Virus record (IMG/VR): IMGVR_UViG_3300013094_000026
Location: 32,480-96,479 of that record
Source of the DNA: a virus
Direction: 5' to 3' (one strand)
Length of the DNA stretch: 64,000 nt
Positions 10,996 to 21,835 of this stretch are shown here, in pieces; positions within the stretch are counted from its first letter, which is position 1, and each line of letters starts with the position of its first letter. A program made the translations under genes and the position numbers. The notes under the pieces are model-generated. The model searched no databases and was not told the DNA's origin. It saw nothing but the letters and a program-made list of their open reading frames with translations.

Positions 10996-12208
10996 ATCAG
11001 CAGTCATTACATCAGTTTGCAATAACAAGGACATATCTGTAGTTCTTGCTGATAATATTGATGAAGTATTTACTTCTCACAGAGATGTTTGGGAAGGTCT
11101 AAAATCTTATTATCTTAAATTTAAATCTGTTCCAGATATCACAGTACTTACTGAAAAATTTAAAGATTTTGAACCTGCAAAGGTTAAAGGTGAGACAGCA
11201 TATTATTTGGATCAATTAAAGAATGAGTATCTTGCTGCAAGATTACGCAACCTATTACTTACATCAGGTGCGAGTCTAAAAACAGAAGCTTCCGCAAGAG
11301 TATTGTCGCAGATGCAAGCAGAGCTTAATGGTCTTGGCAGATTGACAGGAAATGTTAGAGATGTTGACCTAACTGATTATAAAGCAGCAGAAAAGCATTT
11401 TGAGGCTGTTCGTACACGTTCTGATGCTATGGGCGGTAGTCCAGGGATTAAGACAGGTTTTAAAGCTATTGACTACGCATACCCTACTGGTATGGCTCCA
11501 GGACACCTTATAGTAATGATTGGTTGGCCAGGCAAGGGTAAGACTTGGTTTTCCTCTTATTTAGCCTGTAAAGCTTGGGAACAGGGTTTTAAACCTATGA
11601 TCATATCTCTTGAAATGACACCAGAGAATATGCGTGATCGTATCTACACAATGTTAGGTTCTGGATTATTTAAATCTTCAGATTTTTCTAGAGGCAGTAT
11701 TGATTTAACACAATTTGATGATTGGGGTAAAAAGAAGTTCTTAGATAAAAATGGATTTATTCTTGTATCAAATGAAGGCTCGGGTCAAGTGACTCCTACT
11801 ACAGTTCAAGGTAAGATTGATCAACATAAACCAGATTTAGTAATTTTAGATTATCATCAATTGTTTGCTGATTCAAATAATTCAAAAGCACCTACAGAAC
11901 GCAATATGAATATTTCTCGTGAGTTTAAAATGCTTGCTATGAGAAATAATATTCCTATTATTGATATTACTGCAGCAACTGCAGAAGAAACAGCAGATCA
12001 TGATTCACCACCAATGTTAAATCAAGTTGCTTGGTCAAAGGCAATTGAATACGATGCTGATATGGCTATTGCAGTGCACAAGAATCCCGATTCTAACATA
12101 ATGGAAATTGTAAGTCGTAAAAATAGACATGGCACTGAATTTGGGATGTATTTAGATTGGGATTTAAATCGTGGTATTGTTAAAGAATTATATGATGTAC
12201 CTATGTAA
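10985..12208 (+). CDS. dnaB: Replicative DNA helicase, DnaB-like
   Basis: Walker A GWPGKGKT, SLEM, ILDY, IEYDAD, KNRHG. Confidence 0.92.
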   Translation: MNTESAVITSVCNNKDISVVLADNIDEVFTSHRDVWEGLKSYYLKFKSVPDITVLTEKFKDFEPAKVKGETAYYLDQLKNEYLAARLRNLLLTSGASLKTEASARVLSQMQAELNGLGRLTGNVRDVDLTDYKAAEKHFEAVRTRSDAMGGSPGIKTGFKAIDYAYPTGMAPGHLIVMIGWPGKGKTWFSSYLACKAWEQGFKPMIISLEMTPENMRDRIYTMLGSGLFKSSDFSRGSIDLTQFDDWGKKKFLDKNGFILVSNEGSGQVTPTTVQGKIDQHKPDLVILDYHQLFADSNNSKAPTERNMNISREFKMLAMRNNIPIIDITAATAEETADHDSPPMLNQVAWSKAIEYDADMAIAVHKNPDSNIMEIVSRKNRHGTEFGMYLDWDLNRGIVKELYDVPM

Positions 12209-12261
12209 TTTTATGTAATCAAAGTCTATCTTGGTATAATTATCAAGAAAGATTGGTGATC

Positions 12262-12543
12262 ATGTACCCACGAAAAATACATGACTTTTGGATGAACGGT
12301 ATTATTAAAGATGATGCTAAATTCCAAAGCTCAAGGGAGAATTATGAAAGACTTTTGGTTCAGCAAATGCGGGACAAAGGTTATATTCCTGTCCTTGACA
12401 TGCAGCCACAATTTAATGTAAAATATAATGAAGAGAAAGATCACTACACATTCAATCTTGTAATGTATGGGATATATTTGGGTAAAACCAAAGCTCTTAA
12501 ATATGAAGGTTTCTCTGGCCAGAGCTTAGTACCTAAAGGATAA
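12262..12543 (+). CDS. Hypothetical protein
   Basis: ORF between helicase and primase. Confidence 0.6.
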   Translation: MYPRKIHDFWMNGIIKDDAKFQSSRENYERLLVQQMRDKGYIPVLDMQPQFNVKYNEEKDHYTFNLVMYGIYLGKTKALKYEGFSGQSLVPKG

Positions 12544-12546
12544 AAA

Positions 12547-13500
12547 ATGAAAGATGCATATACTAAATCGGATCTCCGATCTATTTTGCAATCTTGTGGT
12601 GTTGAAATAGTTTCTCAAACTGGAACAGATTTTCTTTGTTTATGCCCATTTCATCATAATACAGACTCTCCAGCATTTGCAGTAAGTTATTCAAAAGGTT
12701 TGTATGTTTGCTATAATCAAAACTGCAATTCGGCGGGAACTGTACTAGATTTAGTTAAAAAGTTAACGCATAGAAATGACTTTGAAGCTATGAGATTTAT
12801 ATCTTCAAATAAGATGACAGAAGCAGATATGCTTGAAGAAGAATTAAAAGAATTACTTGATGATAAACCAGAATTTGAAGAATTTTCAAGTGATATATTA
12901 AAATCATTACATGAAGGATTAACTCAGGAAGCGAGAGATTATTATGGTAATAGGCACATTAATGCTGATGCTATTGATTACTTTAATTTGGGATATTCAC
13001 AGAAACAAGGAATGGTAACTGTTCCCCTCCACTCACCAGATGGAATACCTGTTGGAGTCATAGGTAGATCAATTACTGGGAAATCATTTAAGAATAGTCC
13101 CAATCTTCCACGCAATAAAACTATGTTTAACTTGCATAGAGCAAAGCGTGAGGGTGGAACTATAATTGTAGTTGAATCTAGTTTTGATGTTATTCGTTTA
13201 TGGCAGGCGGGGTATCCAAATGCTGTAGCAACTTTAGGCGGTAGCATATCAGATACCAACATTAATCATTTGAATAAATATGCATCTACAGTTATTATTA
13301 TGACTGATAATGATAAAGCTGGGCGGTCTTTAGGCATGACAATAGCTGGTAAATTAAAAAATAAAAGTGTGTTATGGGCTATGTATAGTTATGATGCTAT
13401 TTATCCACATAATGCAAAAGATGTGGGTGATATGTCCGATTTAGAAATAAAGCAATGTATAAACAATGCAATTCCACACTTTGAATTTGCTAATTTGTAG
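12547..13500 (+). CDS. dnaG: DNA primase (CHC2 zinc finger + TOPRIM)
   Basis: CPFHHNTDSP, VVESSFD, DNDKAG, KDVGD. Confidence 0.92.
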   Translation: MKDAYTKSDLRSILQSCGVEIVSQTGTDFLCLCPFHHNTDSPAFAVSYSKGLYVCYNQNCNSAGTVLDLVKKLTHRNDFEAMRFISSNKMTEADMLEEELKELLDDKPEFEEFSSDILKSLHEGLTQEARDYYGNRHINADAIDYFNLGYSQKQGMVTVPLHSPDGIPVGVIGRSITGKSFKNSPNLPRNKTMFNLHRAKREGGTIIVVESSFDVIRLWQAGYPNAVATLGGSISDTNINHLNKYASTVIIMTDNDKAGRSLGMTIAGKLKNKSVLWAMYSYDAIYPHNAKDVGDMSDLEIKQCINNAIPHFEFANL

Positions 13501-13576
13501 TAGACAAAGCATATCTAAAGTGCTATAATAAAGACACAGGACAACATAAAGTCCATTATACTAAGGAGAATATATT

Positions 13577-14257
13577 ATGGGAATCATCAAAGGTCTAAAT
13601 GCATTAAATCAACAAATGGATAAGCCAGACTTTTCCAGTGAAGGTCAAAAAGGAACTTGGTTAAAGATTAATGACGGTCAATCAGTAAAAATTCGTTTTA
13701 TGCAAGAGATTGATCCAGACTCAGCCAATTATAATGAAAAAGCAGGTGCTGCTTTTATTGCAGTAGAACATACAAATCCAGAGCATTATCAACGTAAGGC
13801 ACTTTGTTCAATTGAAGATCAGGGTCGTTGCTTTGGATGCGAAATGCATCGTCGTGACCCTAAGTCTAAATGGGGCGGTAAGAAGCGTTTTTATGCTAAT
13901 GTGATTGTAGATGATGGCGTTAAAGAGCCATATGTAGCAATTTTATCACAAGGTCTTGGTCCAAAGGCTGTTACAGAAACTGTAATTGCATGGGCGGGAG
14001 AGACAGGCAGTATTACAAACACTATTTGGAAAGTAAAGCGTACAGGTAAGGGTGCAACTGATACAAGTTATTCAGCAATTCCTTTGCCAACAGCAACAAC
14101 TGAGCCAATTGATTTTAATAAGTTTGAGCTATTTGATCTTGAAAAGACAGCAGTTCGTGATGTACCTTATGCAGAGCAAGAAGCATTTTATTTTGGTACA
14201 ACATCAGATTCATCAAGTGAAAAAGAAGTTTCAACTTCATCCGCCGTTGAGTGGTAA
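13577..14257 (+). CDS. Phage single-stranded DNA-binding protein
   Basis: WLKINDGQSVKIRF, zinc motif, KRTGKG.TDTSY, acidic tail ending VEW; lies between primase and polymerase. Confidence 0.7.
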   Translation: MGIIKGLNALNQQMDKPDFSSEGQKGTWLKINDGQSVKIRFMQEIDPDSANYNEKAGAAFIAVEHTNPEHYQRKALCSIEDQGRCFGCEMHRRDPKSKWGGKKRFYANVIVDDGVKEPYVAILSQGLGPKAVTETVIAWAGETGSITNTIWKVKRTGKGATDTSYSAIPLPTATTEPIDFNKFELFDLEKTAVRDVPYAEQEAFYFGTTSDSSSEKEVSTSSAVEW

Positions 14258-14318
14258 TTAATAACTGATGTATGTATACTGATTTGACAACATGGCACAT
14301 TATTGCTACAATAAAAAC

Positions 14319-15032
14319 ATGGCAAATCAGTATACATTAATCTTTCCAGAATCCTTTTGGAAGAAAGTTCAAAAGACCAGCTCATGCTGGCTATGGATTG
14401 GAGCAAAGGATTCTTGCGGATATGGAATTCATAATAAAAAATTTGATACTACAAGAGCACATAGGATCTCCTATATATTAAAGTATGGTGAATTTGATAA
14501 GAATCTAAAGGTTTTGCATAAATGTGATAACCCAGCATGCGTAAATCCAAAACATTTATTTTTGGGGACACAGCAAGAAAATATAAAAAATATGGTTAAG
14601 AAATTTAGACATGGAAAACAAAACAGGAAAGTGCAAAGTTATTCTTCATGGCTAAAGGAGCATCCTAAAAAAACAGTATCTGATTTATGTCATTCAAAAA
14701 AACATAAGTTTAGTGATTCAAACACTAGAATTAAGAAAATTAAGGATAGGTATACCAGAGTATGTCGTCAATGTGAATTTGATACAAATTATAAAGATAT
14801 TGTTGTTTATAAAGTAAAGAACTTTGTTAGAAAAGTTGAAAATCGTGGAGAAATAATAGATGGTTTAGTTAAAAAGATTAAAAAGATGGATTCTAAATGT
14901 TATTATTGCGATGGAAAATTTGAGCATTTGCACCACAAAATTCCAAAATCTAATGGCGGAGAAATTAGTATAAAGAATATAGTTCCAGTCTGTGAGAAAT
15001 GTAATTTGACGAAAGGTAATAAAGTTGAATAA
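14319..15032 (+). CDS. Homing endonuclease with two HNH domains
   Basis: AHRISY...VLHKCDNPACVNPKHL and CYYC...HHKIPKSNGG...CEKCN; leaderless start 7 nt after TACAAT. Confidence 0.85.
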   Translation: MANQYTLIFPESFWKKVQKTSSCWLWIGAKDSCGYGIHNKKFDTTRAHRISYILKYGEFDKNLKVLHKCDNPACVNPKHLFLGTQQENIKNMVKKFRHGKQNRKVQSYSSWLKEHPKKTVSDLCHSKKHKFSDSNTRIKKIKDRYTRVCRQCEFDTNYKDIVVYKVKNFVRKVENRGEIIDGLVKKIKKMDSKCYYCDGKFEHLHHKIPKSNGGEISIKNIVPVCEKCNLTKGNKVE

Positions 15033-18000
15033 TAATTTTGTTCATCTTCATGTACATGATATGTATAGTGTTATGGATGGCTTAAATAAGCCTGAAGAAA
15101 TGGTTATTGCTGCCAAAGAGCAAGGCCAGTTTGCAATAGCACAAACAAATCACGGGACATTGGCTGGGATGCGTGATATGCAAATTGCATGTAAAAAACA
15201 TGGTATGAAACCAATTTTAGGGCTGGAAGCATATATCTCAGAAACAGATAGATTTGATAAAAGAGCAGTGGCAAAAAGAGATGATAATACCTCCCTTTAT
15301 TCACATATAATTCTCCTAGCAAAGAATGATATTGGATTAAAAAATTTACAAAAACTTTCACAAATTGCTTGGACAGAGGGTTTTTATAGTAAACCTCGTA
15401 TTGATATTGAAGTCCTTTTTGAATATAGTGAAGGTATAATTGTTCTATCTGGGTGTATGGGCGGTCTTATTTCAAAAGCTATTGAACGTGGTGATATGGA
15501 AGTTGCAAGAAATTTGACTAAGCAATTTAAAGAGCGTTTTGGCGAAGATTTTTACATTGAAGTTCAAGCACATAATCCTGAGACATTAAATACAAGTCTG
15601 CTTAATTTGGCAGATGAATTTAGTGTAAAGCCAGTTGCTACAGGAGATTGTCACTTTGCTAAAAAAGAAGAGCGGGATCTTGAGGAGTTACTCCTTATTA
15701 TCTCTACTAAGCCAAATCAAAACAAAGAAGCAGACTATGCAAGTGGTCGTACACACTCTAATATTATTGATCGCTTTGATCATATTTATCCCGACCGCCC
15801 TATTTCTTTCGCTGACATTAACGTTTATATTCAATCCTATGCTGAAATTAAATCAGACTTTGAAAAAGCGGGGATTGTCAGAGAAGACATATACAAGTCT
15901 TCGCTAGAGATTTCAGATAAGATTGAGATATATGATTTTCATGAAAACCTTGATTTACTTCCAGTACCAAAAAAGAATGCATTAAAAACACTCACAGAAA
16001 TGTGTGAGCAATCCTTATTAGATATGGGTATCAATGATCAAATATATAAAGAAAGACTTAAAGAAGAGCTTCAAGTCATCAAAGATAAAAATTTTGCTAG
16101 TTATTTTCTCGTTGTTAGTGATATGGTTAATTGGGCGAAACAGAATGAGATACTTGTTGGACCTGGACGTGGATCTGCAGCAGGATCTTTAATATGTTAT
16201 TTGCTGGGCATTACAACTGTAGACCCAGTTAAATATGATTTATTGTTCTTCCGATTTATTAATCAAGAAAGAGCAGACTGGCCCGATATTGACTGTGACT
16301 TTCAAGACACTCGTCGTGGAGAAGTTAAAGAATATTTAAAGAAAAAATTTAAGCATGTTGCATCTATTTCAACCTATCAGTATTTTAAAGATAAGGGTGT
16401 TATTCGTGACGTTGCTAGATCATTCCTTGTTCCACTTGGAGAAGTAGATAAAGCACTTAAAGGTGTTGAAACATTTGATGAGTATGAGTCATCTCCAAGC
16501 ACTGAAGAATTTAGAAAGAAGTATCCTGAAGTCACTAAATATGCTTCAATGCTTCGTGGAAAAATTCGTGGAAATGGAATGCATGCTTCAGGTGTTGTTG
16601 TTGCTAAGGACGACATTAGCAAGTATGTTCCAATTGAGACTCGTAAAGATCCAAGTGAATCAGTGTCTGGTCGCATACCAGTTGTTGCGTATGATATGGA
16701 ACAAACAGCAGATTTGGGATTAATTAAACTTGACGTACTTGGATTGAAAACACTTTCAGTTATTGATGATACTTTAAAAACAATTAAAAGTATTAAAAAA
16801 GAAAATATAGACCTTAAAAATGTTGCACTTGATGATCCAAAAGTTTTTAGCATGCTATCAAATGGATTTACAAAAGGTGTATTTCAGGCAGAAGCAACGC
16901 CATATACAAACCTATTGATGAAAATGGGTGTAAGTACGTTTGAGGATTTAGCAGCATCAAATGCTTTGGTACGTCCAGGTGCTATGAACACCGTTGGTGG
17001 GGCTTATATTCGTCGTAAAAAAGGTGAAGAGATGGTTACTTATGCTCATCCTATTATGCATCAATTTACAGAGCGTACATATGGTGTAATTATTTATCAG
17101 GAACAAGTTATGCAGGCTTGTGTATATTTGGGCGGGATGTCATGGGCAGATGCTGATAAGGTAAGAAAAATTATTGGTAAGAAAAAAGATGCAAGTGAAT
17201 TTGATCAGTATAGAGAAAAATTTATTACAGGAGCTTGTAAGCACATTACAAAAGAAGATGCTGAAAAGCTATGGCATGATTTTGAAGCACACGCTGGGTA
17301 CTCTTTTAACCGTTCTCACGCTATTGCTTATTCTATGCTCAGTTATTATACTGCTTGGCTAAAGTTCTATTATCCACTTGAATTTATGTTTGCTATTCTT
17401 AAAAATGAAAAAGATAAGGATGCTAGAACAGATTACTTGCTAGAAGCTAAGCGTTTAGGAATTAAGGTTTTGTTGCCACATGTGAATGAATCTGATATTG
17501 ATTTTAGTATTCAGGGTAATTCAATTAGATTTGGACTATCTAATATTAAGTTTATTTCAGATAAACTTGGCTCAAAGATTATTAATAATAGACCATTTAA
17601 AAGCTATGAAGATTTTGTTGAAAAAACAAAGTCAAAGGGTAGCAAAGGTGATAAAATTTTGGGTATTAATAAGAGAACAACTGATGCACTCAATATGATT
17701 GGTGCAGCAGCATTTTCAGATAACGCCAGAAAAGGAAATGAAAATGAAAACTTGTATGAGTATTTAGGTATACCTAAATTTGATACAGGTAAACTTAGTC
17801 CTAAGATCAAAGCTCAAGTTAATCCATTGCAGGATTTTCTTGAAGAAGGATGTTTTGTTTTATTGGCTATGGTTAAATCTATTAAAAAGGGACCTACTTG
17901 GTCAAGAGTAGAGCTTGTAGATGATACAGGCTCAGTAGGTATTTTTCATTCTGTTAATACAGAAATTGAAGCGGGAATGATGTATTTCTTTTTGGTAGGA

Positions 18001-18321
18001 GATAATCGTATTCATAAGTATGTAACAATTAATGATGTAGTTGACAAAATAGATGATCCTTTTGTACAATGGTTATATAGAGATAAATTAAAAATTGATA
18101 GCGGAAAAAGACTTGTTTTAGATTTTACACACTATAAGACTAAAGCAAATAAAATGATGGCTCATATTATTTTATCTGATGCAGATAAAAAATTAGAGCG
18201 AGTTATAGTTTTCCCAAAGTTATATACAAAAGCTTTGGGTAAAATGCAGGCTGGAAAGATTTGCGACCCAGCAATTGCAGAAATGGAAGACGGAACAACA
18301 TACGTAAAGGAGATTAGTTAA
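15025..18321 (+). CDS. dnaE: DNA polymerase III alpha subunit
   Basis: PHP HLHVH..YS..DG; GPGRGSAAGS; PDIDCD; KLDVLGL; YSFNRSHA. Confidence 0.97.
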   Translation: MNNNFVHLHVHDMYSVMDGLNKPEEMVIAAKEQGQFAIAQTNHGTLAGMRDMQIACKKHGMKPILGLEAYISETDRFDKRAVAKRDDNTSLYSHIILLAKNDIGLKNLQKLSQIAWTEGFYSKPRIDIEVLFEYSEGIIVLSGCMGGLISKAIERGDMEVARNLTKQFKERFGEDFYIEVQAHNPETLNTSLLNLADEFSVKPVATGDCHFAKKEERDLEELLLIISTKPNQNKEADYASGRTHSNIIDRFDHIYPDRPISFADINVYIQSYAEIKSDFEKAGIVREDIYKSSLEISDKIEIYDFHENLDLLPVPKKNALKTLTEMCEQSLLDMGINDQIYKERLKEELQVIKDKNFASYFLVVSDMVNWAKQNEILVGPGRGSAAGSLICYLLGITTVDPVKYDLLFFRFINQERADWPDIDCDFQDTRRGEVKEYLKKKFKHVASISTYQYFKDKGVIRDVARSFLVPLGEVDKALKGVETFDEYESSPSTEEFRKKYPEVTKYASMLRGKIRGNGMHASGVVVAKDDISKYVPIETRKDPSESVSGRIPVVAYDMEQTADLGLIKLDVLGLKTLSVIDDTLKTIKSIKKENIDLKNVALDDPKVFSMLSNGFTKGVFQAEATPYTNLLMKMGVSTFEDLAASNALVRPGAMNTVGGAYIRRKKGEEMVTYAHPIMHQFTERTYGVIIYQEQVMQACVYLGGMSWADADKVRKIIGKKKDASEFDQYREKFITGACKHITKEDAEKLWHDFEAHAGYSFNRSHAIAYSMLSYYTAWLKFYYPLEFMFAILKNEKDKDARTDYLLEAKRLGIKVLLPHVNESDIDFSIQGNSIRFGLSNIKFISDKLGSKIINNRPFKSYEDFVEKTKSKGSKGDKILGINKRTTDALNMIGAAAFSDNARKGNENENLYEYLGIPKFDTGKLSPKIKAQVNPLQDFLEEGCFVLLAMVKSIKKGPTWSRVELVDDTGSVGIFHSVNTEIEAGMMYFFLVGDNRIHKYVTINDVVDKIDDPFVQWLYRDKLKIDSGKRLVLDFTHYKTKANKMMAHIILSDADKKLERVIVFPKLYTKALGKMQAGKICDPAIAEMEDGTTYVKEIS

Positions 18322-18596
18322 TGACTAATGAAGAAGTAACAGAAACAACAGATCAACCATCAAACCAAGATGTTCAAATTTCAATTGAACAAATTTGTGC
18401 AGCAATTTTAAATACGATTGGTTCAGTAGAGGTATCTCTTGAATCACTAATGACAGACTATTCTTCAAAGAATATTTCTGTAAATCAAGATCCAGAAACA
18501 AAGGCACTAACATTTGCTTTGGCTGACCAGCCAGCAGTAGTTGATGCACCTGTTGATACAGATTCTGATGAGGAAACTAATACAGAATCAGAGTAA
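18321..18596 (+). CDS. Acidic hypothetical protein
   Basis: TAATG-coupled ORF with SD. Confidence 0.65.
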   Translation: MTNEEVTETTDQPSNQDVQISIEQICAAILNTIGSVEVSLESLMTDYSSKNISVNQDPETKALTFALADQPAVVDAPVDTDSDEETNTESE

Positions 18597-18616
18597 ATGC
18601 TGTATAATATAAATAT

Positions 18617-18871
18617 ATGGCTCAATCTTATGTGCTCAAAGGTACGGAAAACGAATTTCTGTTAGTGATTAGAGCAGAAGATGAAAAAGCAATCTATAGC
18701 ATTATAGATTTTTTAGCAACCAGTCGTAATGAACAAATTAAAGAACTGGCAATTGAATTAGAGAAGAGTATGCATGATAACGGAAGAGATTCTAGCAAAG
18801 CTGGATCCAAAAACAAGGTCAAGACTACAACTGGCAACAACAGTAAACGTAGAAAAACAAAAGACACCTAG
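18617..18871 (+). CDS. Hypothetical protein
   Basis: ORF after TGTATAAT; 3' end overlaps recA. Confidence 0.5.
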   Translation: MAQSYVLKGTENEFLLVIRAEDEKAIYSIIDFLATSRNEQIKELAIELEKSMHDNGRDSSKAGSKNKVKTTTGNNSKRRKTKDT

Positions 18872-19772
18872 TATTGGTTTAACAATGGCATTAAAGGGCG
18901 GTCTGGGTTTTGGTCGTCAAGTTTTAATTTGGGGAAATAAATCTGCTGGTAAATCTTCTTTTTGTTTACAGATGATTGGCGAAGCACAAAAAGCTGGAAA
19001 AACATGTGCTTGGATTGATGCAGAAGCATCTTATGATCCTGCATGGGCTGCCAGATTGGGTGTAGATTCAGAATCTCTTATTTATTCACCTGCTAAATCT
19101 ATTAATGATATGGTTGATGTGGCACAACAATTAATGGAAGCGGGAGTAGATATTATCGTTGTAGATTCTATCTCAGCACTACTCCCCGCAATCTATTTTG
19201 AAAAAGATAGTTCAGATTTAAAGAAGTTAGAAGACACTAAGCAAATTGGTGCAGAAGCAAAGGATATGACACATGCAGTCAAAATGCTTAATTATGCAAA
19301 CAAAAGTACGCTACTCGTTCTTATTTCTCAACAGAGAAATCAATTTGGGTCTATGCATGCTTCCCATATCCCAACAGGAGGAATGGCGGTTAAATTTTTC
19401 TCCAGTACCGTTATCAAACTCTGGGCTTCAGAGGCTGATGCGAATGCGATTAAGTCTGGAATCCAAGTTGGTGACAAAATTATTGAACAAAAAGTTGGAA
19501 GGCCAGTTAATTGGATCATTGATTACAATAAAACGGGACCAATGGGTTTATCAGGCAGTTATGACTTCTATTTCCAAGGGGAACAAGTGGGAGTTGATTC
19601 CGTTGGAGAAATCTTAGATGTTGCTGAAATGATGGGTATTGTACAAAAGGGTGGGGCTTGGTATACAATTAAAGAAGAAAGATTCCAAGGACGTAATAAA
19701 GCTTTAGAGTATTTAAGGGATAACCCAGGGTTGGCAAAAGAGATTATAGAGGAAATTTATGACAAGTCTTGA
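18774..19772 (+). CDS. recA: RecA recombinase
   Basis: GNKSAGKS, WIDAE, IVVDSI, PTGGMAVKFFSS, GAWY. Confidence 0.95.
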   Translation: MITEEILAKLDPKTRSRLQLATTVNVEKQKTPSIGLTMALKGGLGFGRQVLIWGNKSAGKSSFCLQMIGEAQKAGKTCAWIDAEASYDPAWAARLGVDSESLIYSPAKSINDMVDVAQQLMEAGVDIIVVDSISALLPAIYFEKDSSDLKKLEDTKQIGAEAKDMTHAVKMLNYANKSTLLVLISQQRNQFGSMHASHIPTGGMAVKFFSSTVIKLWASEADANAIKSGIQVGDKIIEQKVGRPVNWIIDYNKTGPMGLSGSYDFYFQGEQVGVDSVGEILDVAEMMGIVQKGGAWYTIKEERFQGRNKALEYLRDNPGLAKEIIEEIYDKS

Positions 19773-19962
19773 AAAATTCTTAAACAAAGTTAAAGATAGC
19801 ACTGATAAAAAAACAATTAATATCTCAGAGCCAGCAAGTGGTTCATTTAGATGTCAAAATTTAGAATGTAATGAAATTGTATATGAAGGTTATGTTGATA
19901 GAGTTAATAGCAGGATACATTGGGTATGCAGCCAAGGTCATGATTCTAGCGTGGTAATATGA
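19759..19962 (+). CDS. Small zinc-binding protein
   Basis: CxxxxC...CSQGH. Confidence 0.6.
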   Translation: MTSLEKFLNKVKDSTDKKTINISEPASGSFRCQNLECNEIVYEGYVDRVNSRIHWVCSQGHDSSVVI

Positions 19963-20270
19963 GTGAACGTGGAGAAGTTAAGCGTGACGGTGCAAAAGCT
20001 CAAAAGAACTCTGGTCGGGGCGATTACCAAAAAGGTGATGCGGTTTGGCATGATTTTGTCGTTGATTATAAAGAGTACTCAAAGTCAATATCCATTAGTA
20101 AAGAAATTTGGGCAAAAATATGTACTGATACTTTTAAGGTCTCACGTGAAAAGTATCCAGTCCTTAAACTTATCCTTGGTGGAGAAGGCACGAAAACAAG
20201 GTTGGCTGTAATTGAATGGGTTTTATTTGAGCAGATGGTAGAGTGTTGGAAGAAAAGTAATGATCAATGA
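19959..20270 (+). CDS. PD-(D/E)xK nuclease, Holliday-junction resolvase-like
   Basis: SGRG..KGD...VDYK motif. Confidence 0.6.
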   Translation: MSERGEVKRDGAKAQKNSGRGDYQKGDAVWHDFVVDYKEYSKSISISKEIWAKICTDTFKVSREKYPVLKLILGGEGTKTRLAVIEWVLFEQMVECWKKSNDQ

Positions 20271-20442
20271 AGAAGATCAAAATGAATTTTTAATTTGGTT
20301 TAATAATGGTGTTGAGCGTGGTTGGATTAGTGATATGTTTTGCAACACACATGATGGGCCACCAATTATTAGTGAAGAAGAAGATAAAGAATGGAATGAA
20401 GGTGGAGACCCTTGTCAATTTTGCGTTAGGATTTTAGAATGA
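20260..20442 (+). CDS. Hypothetical protein (CNTHDGPP...GGDPC)
   Basis: Coupled ORF. Confidence 0.6.
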   Translation: MINEEDQNEFLIWFNNGVERGWISDMFCNTHDGPPIISEEEDKEWNEGGDPCQFCVRILE

Positions 20443-20765
20443 CAGATAAACCAATTATTGATCTTATAAGTGAACTTACAGAATTCAATGACATGAAATC
20501 ATACATGAATGATGCAGATCTTGATTATGCTCTTGATTTAATTATTAAATTAATTGCCAAGCCTGATGTGCCATCTACAAAAGCTCCTGATCTTATTGTT
20601 AAGATGCAGGCTTTGTCTGCTAAATTTGCAATAATGTCACGCTACTACACCACCTTTGAAAAAGGTGGGGAAAATGCAAAAAAGAAAAATGTATATTACA
20701 CAGCAGAAGAAGCAATTAATAGATTAGTTGATGCCCTAAAGTATTCAGCTAGATATGGGGCATAA
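20439..20765 (+). CDS. Hypothetical protein
   Basis: Coupled ORF. Confidence 0.65.
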   Translation: MTDKPIIDLISELTEFNDMKSYMNDADLDYALDLIIKLIAKPDVPSTKAPDLIVKMQALSAKFAIMSRYYTTFEKGGENAKKKNVYYTAEEAINRLVDALKYSARYGA

Positions 20766-21551
20766 ATGGGTAGAGATTTAATAGCAAATTTAAAATTTCA
20801 AAAAATGTCAAATCCATCTGGGTTTGACCCAAATGCATTTGCCAAAATGTATGAAGAAGCAGTTTTAACTGGAAAGAGACCAAATGAATTTACTCAAAAG
20901 AAAACTTTTGCTCCTAGCAGTGTTGGTTACGGTAATGGTAACTGTCCTAGATATTGGTTCATTGCTTTTACTGGGGCTGAGTTTGAAAATGAAACCGATG
21001 CTATGGGTGTCGTTAACATGGATAATGGTACGTATGTGCATGATAGAATTCAGAAAAATTTCGCTAAAACGCCAGTATTCAAAGCAAATGAAGTTGAAAT
21101 TACCCACGATGATCCACCAATTAGAGGTTTTGCAGATACTATTATTGAATGGGATGGAAAAGAAGTAATTGGTGAAGTAAAGTCTGCTAAACAAGAGATT
21201 TTTGATATTAGACAAGCAGAAATGCAAGGTTTGCCATATCATAAAATTCAACTTTTACATTATATGAAAATTCGTGGAGCTGAACAAGGATTTTTCTTTT
21301 ATGAGAATAAGAATGATAACAGTTTTCTAGTTATTCCTATTAATATGGATGAAAGAAACAAAGAGTTGATTGATGGTGTTTGGAATTGGATGCGTAAAGT
21401 TTATGCTGCATATGAAGCAGGAACTCTTCCAGAGCGTACATTTACAAAATCACAATGGGCTTGTAAGGGTTGCCCCGTAAAGAAAGTTTGCTGGGAAGAC
21501 AAGAAGGATCTCGGAGAAGTCTACATAGAACCGCTGGTACTTGAAAAATGA
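20766..21551 (+). CDS. Cas4-like PD-(D/E)xK exonuclease
   Basis: CPR...GTYVH...GFAD...EVKS...QLLHY...CKGCPVKKVC (four Fe-S cysteines). Confidence 0.85.
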   Translation: MGRDLIANLKFQKMSNPSGFDPNAFAKMYEEAVLTGKRPNEFTQKKTFAPSSVGYGNGNCPRYWFIAFTGAEFENETDAMGVVNMDNGTYVHDRIQKNFAKTPVFKANEVEITHDDPPIRGFADTIIEWDGKEVIGEVKSAKQEIFDIRQAEMQGLPYHKIQLLHYMKIRGAEQGFFFYENKNDNSFLVIPINMDERNKELIDGVWNWMRKVYAAYEAGTLPERTFTKSQWACKGCPVKKVCWEDKKDLGEVYIEPLVLEK

Positions 21552-21835
21552 AATGTGCTTACGAAGAATGTAATAATGAATTTGAACCAAAAACCCACAA
21601 TCAAAAATATTGTTCAGATGAGTGTTGCAGGATTGCAACAAATCAAAAGCTTAAAAAAGCTTATTATGATAAAAAAGACAGGTTGGCTGGCAAAAAAAGG
21701 ATCTGTAAAACTAAAGGTTGTAATGTAATTTTAAGTAGATATCAAGATGAAGATATATGTAATAAATGTATTGGTTCTGAAAAAGAAAAAGAACGTAAAG
21801 CATTATTGGAAATGGTGAGACGTGTCTCTGGCTAA
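21548..21835 (+). CDS. Zinc-finger protein
   Basis: Multiple Cys pairs, QKYCSDEC. Confidence 0.65.
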   Translation: MKCAYEECNNEFEPKTHNQKYCSDECCRIATNQKLKKAYYDKKDRLAGKKRICKTKGCNVILSRYQDEDICNKCIGSEKEKERKALLEMVRRVSG

